DNA of 64,000 bases from Candidatus Azobacteroides pseudotrichonymphae (lineage in GTDB: Bacteria > Bacteroidota > Bacteroidia > Bacteroidales > Azobacteroidaceae): contig AP017913.1 of NCBI GenBank assembly GCA_002091395.1, forward strand, positions 124,520 to 188,519, read 5' to 3'. The notes under the pieces are model-generated. The model had not been told where the DNA came from. It made no database searches and saw only the letters and a list, made by a program, of their open reading frames with translations. A program made the translations under genes and the position numbers. Numbering within the stretch: the stretch's first letter is position 1; every line of letters starts with the position of its first letter. This document shows, piece after piece, positions 20,363 through 29,975 of this stretch.

Positions 20363-20384
20363 TCTATCCATTGTAATGGATAGA
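20363..20384. repeat. 10-bp hairpin between tRNA-Gly and the large palindrome
   Basis: TCTATCCATT GT AATGGATAGA: 20363-20372 pairs with 20375-20384. Confidence 0.8.
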
Positions 20385-20400
20385 AGCATTTTTTGTCATA

Positions 20401-20466
20401 ATCAATATAGAAAATACAAACTTAAGAAATATTAATATTTCTTAAGTTTGTATTTTCTATATTGAT
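20401..20466. repeat. Perfect 66-bp palindrome (33+33, no spacer)
   Basis: ATCAATATAGAAAATACAAACTTAAGAAATATT followed directly by its exact reverse complement. All 33 pairs were verified base by base. With a 6-nt bulge (20467-20472) the symmetry extends 9 more bp (20392-20400 with 20473-20481). Confidence 0.97.
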
Positions 20467-20684
20467 GAAAAATATGACAAATGTACAAAAAAATTGAAAA
20501 TACTTAAACTTGTTAAGTTATAATAATTTTTAATTCAATTTTAATTATTTATATTTTAAAATTTTATATACTTATTGTTAGTTAAATCTTTAAAAAAAAA
20601 AAAATTACGAGTCACTTTTGTCAAATCAGTATTTTACAATATTAATAGAAAAATCATTGTACATTGTGTTATGTAATTATACAG

Positions 20685-20714
20685 AAAAAACTAGTTTCAA
20701 CGCAATTTGAAACT
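20685..20714 (-). terminator. Candidate intrinsic terminator of ppdK
   Basis: The minus strand reads AGTTTCAA ATTGCG TTGAAACT, then AG TTTTTT. The 8-bp stem is 20693-20700 with 20707-20714 and has two G-C pairs. It lies about 190 nt after the ppdK stop. Confidence 0.45.
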
Positions 20715-20905
20715 TAATAGCTTAAAAGCAAAAGTATTTTATCAAAATTATGCTAATTTCAATTTTGTACATATGTGAATTTAAATTTTAATTAATCAAA
20801 TTGAATTAGTATTAATATCTTTTCATGATATCATCATCCTTATTTTTATCTTTTATACTTAAGTTTTCATCACTATATTATACTAACAACAAAAATATTT
20901 AACAA

Positions 20906-23629
20906 TTATTTTTTGCAAATTGAAGCTTGAGCAGCTGCTAACCGTGCAATAGGAACTCTGAACGGAGAACAACTTACATAATCTAGTCCAATTTCTTCAC
21001 AAAATCTGATAGATTGAGGTTCACCTCCATGTTCTCCGCAAATCCCGCATTTTAATTTTTTCTGTATTTTACGCCCATTTTTTACAGCTAATTTTATTAA
21101 CTGACCGACTCCTTTTTGATCTAGGACAGTGAATGGATCATTTTTTAAAATTCCTTTTTTCAAATACATTGGCAAAAATTTTGACACGTCATCACGACTA
21201 TAGCCAAATGTCATTTGAGTTAAATCATTAGTTCCAAATGAAAAAAAATCAGCAGCAGTAGCAATTCTATGCGCAGTTAATGCGGCTCTTGGAATTTCAA
21301 TCATAGTTCCTACTTTGTAATTTATTTTATTATTTCTTTCTTCGAAAACAAGTTTGGCTGTATTGTCAATAATTTCTTTTTGAGCTGAAAATTCGTAAAG
21401 AATTCCAGTTAAAGGGACCATAATTTCAGGTTGTATTTCAATACCATTAGTTTTTAAATCTAGTGAAGCCTCTAAAATGGCACGAGTTTGCATTTCAGTA
21501 ATTTCAGGATACAGATTACCTAAACGACAACCACGGAGCCCTAACATTGGATTTTGTTCCATGAGACTCTCGACACGATTATGTACCTCTTCGTAAGGTA
21601 TTCTCATTACTTGTGCAATTTCTTTTTGTCCCTTTTCATCATGAGGAACAAATTCATGCAGAGGTGGATCTAAAAGCCTAATAGTGATAGGGAAGCCTGA
21701 CATAGCCTTAAAAATTCCTATAAAATCAGCCTTTTGCAAAGGCAATAACTTAGCTAAAGCAATTTGACGCCCTCTTTTATTTTTAGCTAGAATCATCTCT
21801 CGCATAGCGATAATTTTATCTCCTTCAAAAAACATATGTTCTGTACGGCAGAGACCAATCCCTTGAGCTCCAAATTTACGTGCAATCATAGCATCATAAG
21901 GAGTATCTGCATTTGTTCTTACTTTTAACCGAGCATATTTATCTGCAAGTTTCATTATTTTGGAAAAGTTGTTACTTAATTCAGCTTCTTGTGTTTCTAT
22001 TTTCCCCAAATAAACAAACCCAGTAGATCCGTCTAAAGAAATCCAATCTCCCTCTTTTAATATCTTATCATTTATAACTAATGTTTTTGTTTTATAGTCT
22101 ATTCGAATGTCATTAGTGGCTGAAACACAACATTTACCCATTCCACGAGCAACAACAGCAGCATGAGAAGTCATTCCACCTCTAGCAGTCATAATTCCTT
22201 CTGCAACAGCCATGCCTCGCAAATCTTCTGGAGAAGTTTCAATTCTGCATAAAATAACTTTTTCACCTCTTGTTGCCCATTCTTCTGCTTCATCCGCATG
22301 AAAAACAATTTTCCCTGTAGCAGCTCCTGGTGATGCAGGTAATCCTTTTGTAATCGATTTAGCAGATGCTAATGATGTTTTGTTGAAAATAGGGTGAAGC
22401 AGTTCATCTAATTTTTTTGTTTCTTGACGAGATAATGCTGTTTTTTCATCAATAATGCCTTGCTCCAACATGTCTACAGCAATTTTTATCATGGCAGCTC
22501 CAGTTCGTTTCCCGTTGCGAGTCTGAAGTACCCACAGTTTCCCATTTTGTATGGTAAACTCGATATCTTGCATATCTTTGAAATAATTTTCAAGTTTTTG
22601 TTGTAATTCTATTAATTCTTTTGCGCATTTAGGCATAGATTCTTCTAGAGAAGGATACTCAGTTTTTCGTTTTTTTTCAGAAATTCCTTGTTGATTTGCC
22701 CAACGCTTGGAACCGTCAATAGTAATTTGATGTGGAGTGCGGACTCCAGCTACAACATCCTCTCCCTGTGCATTAATTAGGTATTCTCCATTGAAAACAT
22801 CTTCTCCTGTAGAAGCATTTCGAGAAAAAGCTACACCTGTAGCTGAATCTTTTCCCATATTTCCAAAAACCATTGCCTGTACATTAACTGCAGTTCCCCA
22901 TTCGTCTGGTATTTGATACATTCGACGATAAAGAATAGCGCGCTCATTCATCCAACTATTGAATACAGCGCAGATAGCCTTCCAAAGTTGTTTCCATGGA
23001 GAATCAGGGAAATCTTCTCCTGTTCGATTTTTTACAATACATTTAAATTTTATAACTAACTCTTTTAAGTCATCTATAGTTAATTCTGTGTCTAAATCTA
23101 TTTTACGAGTTTTTTTGAGATTTTCTATAATTTCTTCAAATGGATCAATTTTTAATTTTGATTCAGGTTTCATTCTAAGTACAACATCTCCATACATTTG
23201 TATAAAACGGCGATAAGAATCCCATGCAAAACGTTCATTTTTTGATTTTTTAGCAATTCCTATAACAGCACTGTCATTTAATCCTAGATTTAATATAGTA
23301 TCCATCATACCTGGCATTGATATCCTTGCTCCAGATCGTACAGAAACAAGACATGGATTATCGTCATTTCCAAATTGTGTGCCAGTAATTTCTTCTATTT
23401 TTTTTATAGATAGTTCTATTTCTGGTTTAATTAATTCAATTAAAGCATTTTCACCTAACTTATTATATTCTGTACACACTTCAGTGGTAATAGTAAACCC
23501 TGGTGGAACTGGAACTCCAATCAAATTCATTTCGGCCAAATTAGCTCCTTTCCCACCTAAAAGATCTTTCATGTCCGCTTCACCTTCGGCATATCCGTTA
23601 CCAAATATGTAAACTCTTTTTTTATTCAT
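20906..23629 (-). CDS. ppdK: Pyruvate, phosphate dikinase
   Basis: 907 aa with an ATP-grasp N-terminus (GGKGANLAEM), the phosphohistidine motif GGMTSHAAVVARGMG, and a C-terminal PEP/pyruvate domain (CGICGEHGG). Confidence 0.96.
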   Translation of the reverse strand: MNKKRVYIFGNGYAEGEADMKDLLGGKGANLAEMNLIGVPVPPGFTITTEVCTEYNKLGENALIELIKPEIELSIKKIEEITGTQFGNDDNPCLVSVRSGARISMPGMMDTILNLGLNDSAVIGIAKKSKNERFAWDSYRRFIQMYGDVVLRMKPESKLKIDPFEEIIENLKKTRKIDLDTELTIDDLKELVIKFKCIVKNRTGEDFPDSPWKQLWKAICAVFNSWMNERAILYRRMYQIPDEWGTAVNVQAMVFGNMGKDSATGVAFSRNASTGEDVFNGEYLINAQGEDVVAGVRTPHQITIDGSKRWANQQGISEKKRKTEYPSLEESMPKCAKELIELQQKLENYFKDMQDIEFTIQNGKLWVLQTRNGKRTGAAMIKIAVDMLEQGIIDEKTALSRQETKKLDELLHPIFNKTSLASAKSITKGLPASPGAATGKIVFHADEAEEWATRGEKVILCRIETSPEDLRGMAVAEGIMTARGGMTSHAAVVARGMGKCCVSATNDIRIDYKTKTLVINDKILKEGDWISLDGSTGFVYLGKIETQEAELSNNFSKIMKLADKYARLKVRTNADTPYDAMIARKFGAQGIGLCRTEHMFFEGDKIIAMREMILAKNKRGRQIALAKLLPLQKADFIGIFKAMSGFPITIRLLDPPLHEFVPHDEKGQKEIAQVMRIPYEEVHNRVESLMEQNPMLGLRGCRLGNLYPEITEMQTRAILEASLDLKTNGIEIQPEIMVPLTGILYEFSAQKEIIDNTAKLVFEERNNKINYKVGTMIEIPRAALTAHRIATAADFFSFGTNDLTQMTFGYSRDDVSKFLPMYLKKGILKNDPFTVLDQKGVGQLIKLAVKNGRKIQKKLKCGICGEHGGEPQSIRFCEEIGLDYVSCSPFRVPIARLAAAQASICKK

Positions 23630-23693
23630 AAAAACAAATCTTTAAGATAACCTTATACGTGTTACATTTTCGCAGCTTTCTACTAAAAGTACA

Positions 23694-23738
23694 AAAAAAC
23701 TTTTATTTACCATTAAGTAGATTAAATAAAAGTTTTTT
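23694..23738 (-). terminator. Candidate terminator after rng (A6-stem-T6 type)
   Basis: 16-bp perfect stem (23694-23709 with 23723-23738, all pairs checked) and a 13-nt loop. The arms begin with A6 and end with T6. It lies 11 nt beyond the rng stop and about 65 nt upstream of the ppdK start. Confidence 0.45.
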
Positions 23739-23748
23739 ATGTTATAAT

Positions 23749-25296
23749 TCATATATTTAATTCGTTTTTTTCTCTATCAAAAAATTTATATTCAAGAATT
23801 GCTAAATTTTGATTAGAAATGATTTGTATCCACATAGAGTATTTAATTTTCCATTTTAATTTTATAGAAAAAAATCCCTGATCAATGAATGCTTTAATAT
23901 ATGGGTGAACGTGAAGATTAATTTTTTTTATTCCAAAATTTTTTATAGCAGATTTAATTTTTTCTTCTAATATATCTATAAAAAAAATAGAAGACTTAAT
24001 AATTCCTCGTCCAAAACAAACTGGACAAACTTCTGTCGTAGTAAAATTTAGATTTGGTCGTATTCTTTGCCTTGTAATTTCCATCAATCCAACTCTGCTC
24101 AACGGCAGAATTTGATGTTTAGCTTTGTCATCAGTCATAAATTTGCACATACTATCGTATAATTTTTGTCGATTTGCTAACTCATGCATGTCTATGAAAT
24201 CGATTACAATGATACCTCCCATATCTCGAAGTCGTAATTGTTTTGCAATTTCTTCTGCGGCTTTCATATTTACGTTAATTATCATATCTTCTTGACTAAA
24301 GTTTGATATTGAACAATTTCCACTATTCACGTCGATAACATGCATTGCTTCTGTGTGTTCAATGACTAGGTATGCTCCATTTTTAAGAGTTATTACTTTA
24401 TCGAATTTTGATTTGAGTTGTTTAGTAATAGCGAAATTGTCAAAAATTGGAAATTCTTCTTTGTATAATTTTACAATATTTGATTTTGTAGGGTCGATTA
24501 AACTAATATAATTACGCACATCATTGAACACGTTTTCATCATTAACGTAAATATGTTCAAAAGAAGAATTAAAATTGTCTCTTAATAACGCTACTACTCT
24601 TCCTGTTTCTTCGTAAATCAAAGATGGGGATTCGGTCTTAATAAGTTTTTTTATATTGTCATTCCAACGTTTGATTAATAATTTTAGTTCTTTATCAAGT
24701 TCTGATGCTTGTTTCCCTGCTGCTGATGTACGGACAATAATGGAAAAATTATTTGGTTTAATACTACAGACCAATTGTTTTAAGCGCGCACGTTCTGTAT
24801 CAGATTGAATTTTTAACGAAATATTTACTTTATCACCAAATGGTATAATAACGAGATATCTTCCTGCAAAAGAAAGTTCAGAAGTCAGGCGAGGACCTTT
24901 ACTAGAAATAGATTCTTTAGAAACCTGCACTAGTATACTATCTCCTTGTTTTAACACATTTTCAATAGTGTCATCTTTATCTATAATCGGCAAACATGTA
25001 AATTCACTAAGAAAAGGAATTTCTTTTTTGCTAAAAATCGATTTTAAAAAATTATTTAAACTATGAATGTTACTTCCTAAATCACGATAATGAAGAAAGG
25101 CTTCTTTACTGCATCCAATGTCAACGAAAGCAGCATTTAAACCGGGCATTATTTTTTTTACTTTACCGAGGTAAATATTACCAACTGAAAATGATATATC
25201 ACGTATTTCTTTATGAAATTCTACTAAACTTTTATCTTCAAGAATAGCGATAGATATCACATGAGGCTGTACATCGATTACCAATTCACTTACCAC
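23749..25296 (-). CDS. rng: Ribonuclease G/E family endoribonuclease
   Basis: 515 aa with an S1 domain (GNIYLGKVKKIMPGLNAAFVDIG). Catalytic Asp contexts are HVIDVNSGN and GGIIVIDFIDM. The Zn-link-like motif is CPVCFGRG. Confidence 0.9.
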   Translation of the reverse strand: MVSELVIDVQPHVISIAILEDKSLVEFHKEIRDISFSVGNIYLGKVKKIMPGLNAAFVDIGCSKEAFLHYRDLGSNIHSLNNFLKSIFSKKEIPFLSEFTCLPIIDKDDTIENVLKQGDSILVQVSKESISSKGPRLTSELSFAGRYLVIIPFGDKVNISLKIQSDTERARLKQLVCSIKPNNFSIIVRTSAAGKQASELDKELKLLIKRWNDNIKKLIKTESPSLIYEETGRVVALLRDNFNSSFEHIYVNDENVFNDVRNYISLIDPTKSNIVKLYKEEFPIFDNFAITKQLKSKFDKVITLKNGAYLVIEHTEAMHVIDVNSGNCSISNFSQEDMIINVNMKAAEEIAKQLRLRDMGGIIVIDFIDMHELANRQKLYDSMCKFMTDDKAKHQILPLSRVGLMEITRQRIRPNLNFTTTEVCPVCFGRGIIKSSIFFIDILEEKIKSAIKNFGIKKINLHVHPYIKAFIDQGFFSIKLKWKIKYSMWIQIISNQNLAILEYKFFDREKNELNI

Positions 25297-25346
25297 AAGT
25301 TCAATTTTATCTTAAAATAATAAGTTGCACAAAAATTCGAATAGTT

Positions 25347-25376
25347 AAAAACATGATAAACCGATGCTTTTATCAT
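25347..25376 (-). terminator. Candidate intrinsic terminator after the small basic peptide gene
   Basis: The minus strand reads ATGATAAA AGCATCGG TTTATCAT G TTTTT. The 8-bp stem is 25353-25360 with 25369-25376. It lies 26 nt after the stop at 25402. Confidence 0.4.
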
Positions 25377-25401
25377 TCGAAATTACAAATAGCAAAGCAA
25401 A

Positions 25402-25494
25402 TCACTTCTTTTTTTTGTGTCTGTTTTTTCTTAATCTTTTTTTTCTTTTATGAGTAGACATCTTGTGTCTTTTCCTTTTTTCTCCACTTGGCAT
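25402..25494 (-). CDS. 30-aa highly basic peptide resembling bS22 / mS38 (AURKAIP1/COX24-type) small-subunit ribosomal protein
   Basis: The internal ATG at 25494 of the 60-aa track ORF gives MPSGEKRKRHKMSTHKRKKRLRKNRHKKKK. To my recollection this K/R/H-rich pattern matches small Bacteroidota proteins annotated as AURKAIP1/COX24-domain or bS22-like. The 30-aa N-terminal extension in the track ORF looks non-coding. Confidence 0.6.
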   Translation of the reverse strand: MPSGEKRKRHKMSTHKRKKRLRKNRHKKKK

Positions 25495-26823
25495 TATTTT
25501 ACATTCTAAAGATTTAAGAATACGAATACATTTTGAAACTTTGTACACAAACTTGTCTGCGAAGATATCACAAAATTTACTCAAAATGAATAAAAATTTG
25601 ATTTTTAATTCATAAGGTAAAAATTTGATTTTTTAAAAATTTCACGTGTTTTTATTAATGAAACTTTAAAGCATTTAAAATTTATGAGTATTAGTTAAAG
25701 TATATGATTTTTATACAAAAATCATGTTGTATTTGTGTTACATAAACAGCAATTTCTAAAATTATATAGAATATTAATATTTTTCAGAATACTTAATGAT
25801 TGTTTCTTTTTGGAGAAATATCATACAATAATTCATTATGTGTAAAGTATGTACTTCAATTTGTTTTGTGGTATTCTTAAATTAGGCAAATACATTGAAA
25901 ATAGTTTTGTAATGGTTGGTGTTGTCTTAAGATTGTGTAATTTTGATTTAAAGCTGTTTTAGATGAACAAAATAAAATTTTCTCTAACATAAAATATTTG
26001 TAAACTATAAAGTAAATTGGTAACATTAGTTGTGTTGTTATTATACTTATTTATTAGTAACATATGTATGTTTTTAAGTTTATAACATATTTTGATTATT
26101 TTAGAAATATTTTTCGATTTTTATTGTGTATTTAAATTGTTATTTAATTATCCAAAATTGAATATGGTGAAAAGATGAAATTTTTGCAAAAAATTTTTTA
26201 TGAACAGATTTAATGATAAAATTTTTTAATTATGTGATTTATGTAATTTTAATTTAACCATACAGTTATGACATACATTGGTTTTATAATTATGTCGTTT
26301 GTATCTATGGTGAATATTTTCTAAGTTGGTTAGAGATTACATTAAATGTATGGTACAATTTTTAAACAGAATAAAAATCTCGTTTTCAACAGTAGTCTTA
26401 AATCATAGTTTATGCGTTTTTAGTTTAAATGCTTATGTTTAATTTTTGGTTATACAAATTAATGTAACCGTAGAGGCTATTTAAGTTTCTTTTGACGGAA
26501 TTAGAAATGTTAAATAATTCGAAGTCAATTATAAATGAATTTTAGATTATGGCTTGCTAGTATTGTATTCTTTTGAATGTGTGTTATTGTCTCGAATTAG
26601 TTGTAAAAATATATTCTAGCGCATTTTTATGTTTTTATAAAAAACTTATGAAAAATGCCAAATAATTCAGGTTTATTTTTTACATTGAAAGTAGATTTTT
26701 GGAGATAAAAATGTTATTTTGTGCGTCTCGATACAATTTTTTTTTCAGAAAAATTGAAAATAAATTGTTGTGATTGGTTTTATTTTGTGTTTTTTGTAAA
26801 ATTTAATTATTACTACTAGATAT

Positions 26824-27267
26824 ATGTCGATAAATAAAGTTATTCTGATCGGTAATGTTGGAAAGGAGCCAGATGTGAAATATCTTGATAATGGTGGAGT
26901 TGTTGCAAATTTTCCTATAGCCACTACTGAAAAGGGTTATGTTACTTCTAATGGAGTACAAGTGCCTAATAGAACAGAGTGGCATAATGTTGTTTTGTGG
27001 CGTGGGTTGGCTGAAATTGCTGAAAAGTATATCCATAAAGGATCAAAAATCTATATTGAAGGTAAAATTCGTACTCGTTCATATGATGATCAAAATGGGA
27101 TTGCACGATATGTAACAGAAATATGGGTGAGTAATGTTGAATTGTTGGATAAAAGAATAGATGGCAGTAGAACGTCTTCTCCTGAATCTAACGTTGTTGT
27201 GGATTCTGCTAAAGAAGCAACTGTAGACCATTCTATGAAATCAGAAGAAGATGATCTGCCATTTTGA
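26824..27267 (+). CDS. ssb: Single-stranded DNA-binding protein
   Basis: 147 aa with an OB-fold N-terminus (MSINKVILIGNVGKEPDVKY) and the acidic C-terminal tip EEDDLPF. Confidence 0.95.
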   Translation: MSINKVILIGNVGKEPDVKYLDNGGVVANFPIATTEKGYVTSNGVQVPNRTEWHNVVLWRGLAEIAEKYIHKGSKIYIEGKIRTRSYDDQNGIARYVTEIWVSNVELLDKRIDGSRTSSPESNVVVDSAKEATVDHSMKSEEDDLPF

Positions 27268-27320
27268 ACAAAAATTATCGTTGATGGTTTTTGAAATTTA
27301 TTAATTTTAATGTCTAAACA

Positions 27321-28379
27321 ATGGAAATTGCAGCATTGGCATCTGGAGGAGTGGATAGTTCAGTTGTTATCTATCAATTAAAAGAGCTTGGGTACAGCCC
27401 AATTATTTTTTATATACAGATAGGCATGAACAATAAAAAAGGGGATGTTGATTGTTATTCAGAAGAAGATATAGAAATAATTTCTTCAATTGCTAAAATG
27501 TACGGATGCCGTTTAGAGATTGTTTCGCTTCATGAGGAATACTGGGAAATTATAGTTGGTTACATTATTGCTTCAGTTAAGGAAGGACTTACTCCAAATC
27601 CTGACATAATGTGTAATAGATTTGTAAAATTTGGAATTTTTGAGCAGAAATGGGGACGTAATTTTTCTAAAATTGCTACAGGTCACTATGCAACTACTAC
27701 AAAAATAAATGATAAAATTTATCTTTCTACTGCTATTGATAGAATAAAAGACCAAACTTATTTTCTTGGACAAATAGATTTACAAATTTCAAAATTGATG
27801 TTTCCTATTGGGTGTTTGCATAAATATGAGGTTAGGGAGATTGCTTTAAAACAAAAGTTGCCGAGTGCTTTTCGAAAAGATAGTTATGGAATTTGTTTCT
27901 TAGGGAAGATTAATTATAATGATTTTATACGAAGATATTTGGGTGAAAAGTTTGGGAGGATTGTAGAATTTGAAACTGGTAAAATATTGGGAAATCATAA
28001 TGGTTATTGGTTTTATACTATCGGGCAGCGCAAGGGTTTATATTTGAGTGGTGGCCCTTGGTTTGTAATAAAAAAAAATATTCAACAAAATATTATTTTT
28101 GTTTCGAATGCTTGTAACTTAGAAAAACAATCTAATAATATTATTAATCTTCATAGTTTTCATTTTATTGCAGGTATTGTAAATGCCTTCAATAAAATGA
28201 AAAGAATTGCATTTAAGATAAGGCATACACCAGAATTTGAATTTGGCAAGATTGAGTGTATAGGTGATGTTTATAAGGTAGAATCAAAAAGAAAAATATA
28301 CGGTATAGCTCCTGGGCAATTTTGTGTGGTATACGATGAAAATTGTAAATTATGCATTGGTAGTGGTGTGATTATTTAA
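27321..28379 (+). CDS. mnmA: tRNA-specific 2-thiouridylase
   Basis: 352 aa with the PP-loop ALASGGVDSSV. The two catalytic Cys contexts are NPDIMCNRFVKFG and KDSYGICFLG. Confidence 0.92.
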   Translation: MEIAALASGGVDSSVVIYQLKELGYSPIIFYIQIGMNNKKGDVDCYSEEDIEIISSIAKMYGCRLEIVSLHEEYWEIIVGYIIASVKEGLTPNPDIMCNRFVKFGIFEQKWGRNFSKIATGHYATTTKINDKIYLSTAIDRIKDQTYFLGQIDLQISKLMFPIGCLHKYEVREIALKQKLPSAFRKDSYGICFLGKINYNDFIRRYLGEKFGRIVEFETGKILGNHNGYWFYTIGQRKGLYLSGGPWFVIKKNIQQNIIFVSNACNLEKQSNNIINLHSFHFIAGIVNAFNKMKRIAFKIRHTPEFEFGKIECIGDVYKVESKRKIYGIAPGQFCVVYDENCKLCIGSGVII

Positions 28380-28457
28380 AGACTTTAATTAGTATAAAAT
28401 TACATAAATATAATTTCAGATAATTATTAAATATATAGTTTATTGAAAAATTGTATA

Positions 28458-29531
28458 ATGAAAAATAATTATTGTCTTATTATGAGTGGAGGAGTAGGCA
28501 ATCGATTTTGGCCGTTTAGTAGAGAAAGTATGCCAAAACAGTTCCTTGATTTTTGTGAAACAGGCCGTTCTCTTTTACAACAAACTTTTGATCGATTTAA
28601 AAGTATAGTTCCTACGGAAAATATTTTTGTTGTTACTAATAAAAGATATGCTAAATTAGTAAGAGAACAGTTACCTGATTTGTGTGATAATCGTATATTG
28701 CTTGAACCTGTTCGTAGAAATACAGCTCCTTGTATTGCGTATTCTTCTTGTTATATTAAGTCTATTAACTCGGATGCTAATATTGTTGTTTCTCCATCAG
28801 ATCATTTGATCTTGCAAGAACTGGATTTTGCAAATAATATTCGAGCAGGGTTGGACGTTGTTCGTAAATTCCCTTTTTTATTAACTATAGGCATAAAACC
28901 GATTCGTCCAGAGTCTGGATATGGATATATACAAACTGATAAAGGAGAAAATTACATTAGGAAAGTGAAAACTTTTATAGAAAAACCTGATTACAGGTTA
29001 ATAAATAGGTGGTTGAAGTGTGATAATTTTTTTTGGAATTCAGGAATATTTATTTGGAATGTTAATGTAATTTTAAAAGCTTTTAGTGTATACTTGCCAG
29101 ATATTTGGTTAAACCTTGCGAAATATTCATTAGAATATACTTTTTCAGACAAAATGGTGTGTTTTAATGAAAATTTTGCAAAATGTTCTAATATTTCTAT
29201 CGATTATGGGATTATGGGAAAAGCTAAAAATATATATATGATACTGGCTGAATTTAGCTGGTCAGATCTTGGCTCATGGGGAGCACTCTATAATTTATCA
29301 AAAAAAGATGCGAAAGGTAATGCTACTCTAAAATGTCAAACTCTTTTTATTGAAAGTGAAAACAATTTTGTAACACATTCTGAAGGCAAATTTGTTGTAA
29401 TACAAGGGTTGAGTAATTACATGGTAATAGAATACGATAATGTATTGTTAATTTGTAAGAAATCAGAAGATCAGAGGATAGGGCGTTTTTTATCAAGTAT
29501 TAAAACACAGTATGGTGAAAAGTATATTTGA
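28458..29531 (+). CDS. manC: Mannose-1-phosphate guanylyltransferase (nucleotidyltransferase only)
   Basis: The first ATG is at 28458; the track ORF begins at a TTG at 28443. Motifs are MSGGVGNRFWPFSRESMPKQF and PSDHLI. Confidence 0.82.
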   Translation: MKNNYCLIMSGGVGNRFWPFSRESMPKQFLDFCETGRSLLQQTFDRFKSIVPTENIFVVTNKRYAKLVREQLPDLCDNRILLEPVRRNTAPCIAYSSCYIKSINSDANIVVSPSDHLILQELDFANNIRAGLDVVRKFPFLLTIGIKPIRPESGYGYIQTDKGENYIRKVKTFIEKPDYRLINRWLKCDNFFWNSGIFIWNVNVILKAFSVYLPDIWLNLAKYSLEYTFSDKMVCFNENFAKCSNISIDYGIMGKAKNIYMILAEFSWSDLGSWGALYNLSKKDAKGNATLKCQTLFIESENNFVTHSEGKFVVIQGLSNYMVIEYDNVLLICKKSEDQRIGRFLSSIKTQYGEKYI

Positions 29532-29975
29532 ATGATTTTAAAAAGTTTTCAGTCAGTTTTTTTTAATAATTTTCATGTTAATGGTTAGTTTTATTTGATT
29601 TGATATAATTATAATAATTTGGAATATGTGTACAAAATCTTCTTTTGTATGTGGTTGTTTGTGAAAATTTTTATACAAATCAGAATTAATATAAATTAAA
29701 AAACTACTTACATTGGTGTTTATTGGTTGAATCAATTAATGGTTTAATATATATATATACTGTTTTATTTGTCGTATTAACGGAAGTGGTATGTTCGCAT
29801 ATAATTTTTATTAAATTATGGTGGTGAGTTTCATATATTTTCTATTTAATACTTAGTGTATTGTGTTTTGATTAAATGTAGTTTTATAGAGAGTTTTTTG
29901 TTAATTCAATTGATGAGTAAAAATTTTACACTTAAAAATTTGAAATATTTCTATAGTAACTAGAAATCATATTCT

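Noticed and set aside
25495-25584. The N-terminal 30 codons of the 60-aa track ORF (MSKFCDIFADKFVYKVSKCIRILKSLECKI) preceding the basic peptide.
   Set aside because: They have no resemblance to anything recognisable. The basic 30-aa part starting at the internal ATG matches the expected full length of this peptide family, so the extension is most likely 5' leader.
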